A stretch of 63,010 nucleotides of DNA, filler included. It is 6 parts of 6 records of this genome, joined end to end, with 100 filler letters (N's around TTAATTAATTAA, not from the genome) between each part and the next. Parts side by side here need not be neighbours in the genome. Positions count along the whole stretch, not along the records: positions 55,272 to 63,010 come from SRR31156797_21362; 5 more parts are not named here. One strand, given 5' to 3'. Numbering within the stretch: position 1 is the stretch's first letter; the number at the start of each line of letters is the position of its first letter. The position numbers were made by a program, and so were the translations under genes. The notes beneath the pieces are model-generated. The model ran no database searches. It saw only the letters and a list, made by a program, of their open reading frames with translations, and was not told the DNA's origin. This document shows positions 61,421-63,010 of this stretch, piece after piece.

Positions 61421-62605
61421 ATGAAAACAACAAAAATTAGATTGTTTGCCACGATTATAACTCTGGCGGCAGTTATTATAGCAACAACAATTCCTGTCCA
61501 AGCTCAACGCCGGTCAACTCAGCGAAATACTGAAAACCGGGAAACAATAAACAGAAACAAAAAAAGCACAGTTAAAAACAAAAGTGCTTCTCGTTCTGAA
61601 AAAAGCAGGAAAGATCATAGTAACAGATCACAGGTTCAAAGATCCAAAAGGTCTGATAGGACTTATGCAAATTCAGCAAGAACAGGGTCGAACAGCAATG
61701 ATCGAAGCATAAGGAAATCTCATTCCGGTAATAGAAATAGTAGTTCTTCAAGGACAATTAATAACCACCTTGAGAAAAAGAGAGCCGAAAACTACAAAAG
61801 TGATTCGAGGGACTACAGAAATTCAAATAGGCAACAATCCCATTATTCAGGAAACCGAACAATAAACTCAAAGTTAAATCATAATCGAGATCGACAAGAT
61901 GCCTCAAGGTATTCACGTACAGAGAAAGGAAATGGTACCTCGCCGGATCGTAGAAGAACAACGGGAACATCAGCTTCAAAAAGTCGTAATTATTATCATA
62001 TTGATAAACACGACAAGAGGTACGTGCCCAACCGCAATTATTCGGGAAGTAAGAAATATTGGGATGAAGGACAACGCAGACGTAATATGAATCACAGACA
62101 TCAAAGTAAAAAGCACTACGAAAATTATAACAAACATAAACATTGGGACAGAAGATGGGAAAATTACCGGTGGAATCATAACAGCTGGTGCGACTATTAC
62201 AATGGGTATAACAGGCATTCGTTCCGTTACCATAAACATTATTACTACCATAATCATTATGGGCATGTAATTCGCAGGTTCGATTATCGTCCACATGTTT
62301 TTGTACATAATCAACACAGGTATTATTGTCATAATGGCCATTTCTTTAGGTACAGAAGGGGTGTTGGTTATGTAATGGTTAATATACCTTTTGGTGTCTC
62401 CTTTAATTATTTACCGAATGGATATGAAAGAGTGTACATAAATGGTTATTTATACTTTAGGATTGGAAATTTATTTTTCGAATCAAACGGTTATGGGTTT
62501 CGTTTGGTACATTATCCGGAAAGGTACTATGCTTTTAACGGGGATTTTTATAACGAGGGATATTACTTTGATGATTACCGCTACGATTATTATGAGCCAT
62601 ATTAA
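61421..62605 (+). CDS. Secreted low-complexity protein (R/S/N-rich, then H/Y/R-rich; DUF6515-like C-terminus)
   Basis: Signal peptide ending VQA-Q; long disordered region; C-terminal YYCHNGHFFRY..GYVMV..PFG...LP.GY..VYING. Confidence 0.8.
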   Translation: MKTTKIRLFATIITLAAVIIATTIPVQAQRRSTQRNTENRETINRNKKSTVKNKSASRSEKSRKDHSNRSQVQRSKRSDRTYANSARTGSNSNDRSIRKSHSGNRNSSSSRTINNHLEKKRAENYKSDSRDYRNSNRQQSHYSGNRTINSKLNHNRDRQDASRYSRTEKGNGTSPDRRRTTGTSASKSRNYYHIDKHDKRYVPNRNYSGSKKYWDEGQRRRNMNHRHQSKKHYENYNKHKHWDRRWENYRWNHNSWCDYYNGYNRHSFRYHKHYYYHNHYGHVIRRFDYRPHVFVHNQHRYYCHNGHFFRYRRGVGYVMVNIPFGVSFNYLPNGYERVYINGYLYFRIGNLFFESNGYGFRLVHYPERYYAFNGDFYNEGYYFDDYRYDYYEPY

Positions 62606-62641
62606 AAGCTAGACCTGAATATTTATACTGTTTCTTACAGC

Positions 62642-62672
62642 ACTGCCCGCTAGGACATACCTGGCGGGTAGT
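62642..62672 (+). terminator. Hairpin after the secreted protein gene
   Basis: ACTGCCCGCTAGG-ACATA-CCTGGCGGGTAGT; weak U-run. Confidence 0.65.
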
Positions 62673-62853
62673 TGTATAATAAAGCTCTTATCTGACATTT
62701 GCTATGTTTTTTGAGATGAGGTTAGAAAGGGATTGTTTTGAAGTAAATGATTATTAGTGGTGTTAATAATAATATTTTTGAAAAATGAATTCAATAACTC
62801 TTTTTAAATATCACTATTTATTTTAATTTTAGCATAACCAAATACTTAATATT

Positions 62854-63010
62854 ATGACTCAGAATTTGAAAAGAGACCAATTAGCCCCTAACAAAGCTGA
62901 AAACTGGCGTAAAAACTTCCATGAAGAACAAAAAGAGACTTTTAACTTACAAGTACCTACAATCATTCTTCAAAAAGAAACGTACAAAACACTGATCGGA
63001 GAAAATGAAA
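62854..63010 (+). CDS. Hypothetical protein, 5' part (runs off window)
   Basis: MTQNLKRDQLAPNKAENWRKNFHEEQKETFNLQVPTIILQKETYKTLIGENE..., open to the end; AT-rich Bacteroidota-style start context. Confidence 0.65.
   Translation, partial: MTQNLKRDQLAPNKAENWRKNFHEEQKETFNLQVPTIILQKETYKTLIGENE

Overview
This window is not one genome. It is six unrelated contigs joined by five identical 100-nt artificial spacers (44 N + TTAATTAATTAA + 44 N). (1) 1-18599: a methanogenic archaeon of Methanosarcinaceae type, with sepS, hef, glyS, ADH synthase, dut, translin, PAC2 and two PAS histidine kinases. (2) 18700-29554: Bacteroidota, with ileS-dksA-lspA running into a capsule locus (wza, wzz, cysC, DUF2061, cysD), plus a doubly frameshifted radical-SAM gene. 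(3) 29655-38243: a low-GC anaerobe, possibly Fusobacteriota, with amt, a GGDEF protein, an MCP, cidA/lrgB, a flavoprotein disulfide reductase and the 5' part of tRNA-Pro. (4) 38344-43830: Bacteroidota, with the gap 3' end, an ABC permease, two FKBPs, DUF3127, yaaA and an outer-membrane protein. (5) 43931-55171: Desulfovibrionaceae, with mtnP, apt, a FlxA-like gene, an NCS2 permease, rsmA, hup, rpsU, yqeY, mutS2, dnaG and rpoD. (6) 55272-63010: Bacteroidota, with trkH, trkA, comEC, def, ruvX and a secreted low-complexity protein. Content is mostly housekeeping; I saw no CRISPR array, prophage, transposase or defence system. The best leads are non-coding or tiny: a candidate archaeal sRNA with its own TATA box, rod-like fold and anti-Shine-Dalgarno-like loop (about 11598-11705); a 58-aa membrane protein missing from the ORF track and apparently co-transcribed with hup, behind a four-hairpin leader; a consensus sigma-54 promoter upstream of a secreted Arg/His/Tyr-rich protein; a 24-bp strand-specific RNA stem between dksA and lspA; and a radical-SAM gene broken at two A6 runs. 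All taxonomy and family calls come from recognising sequence by eye, not from database searches.
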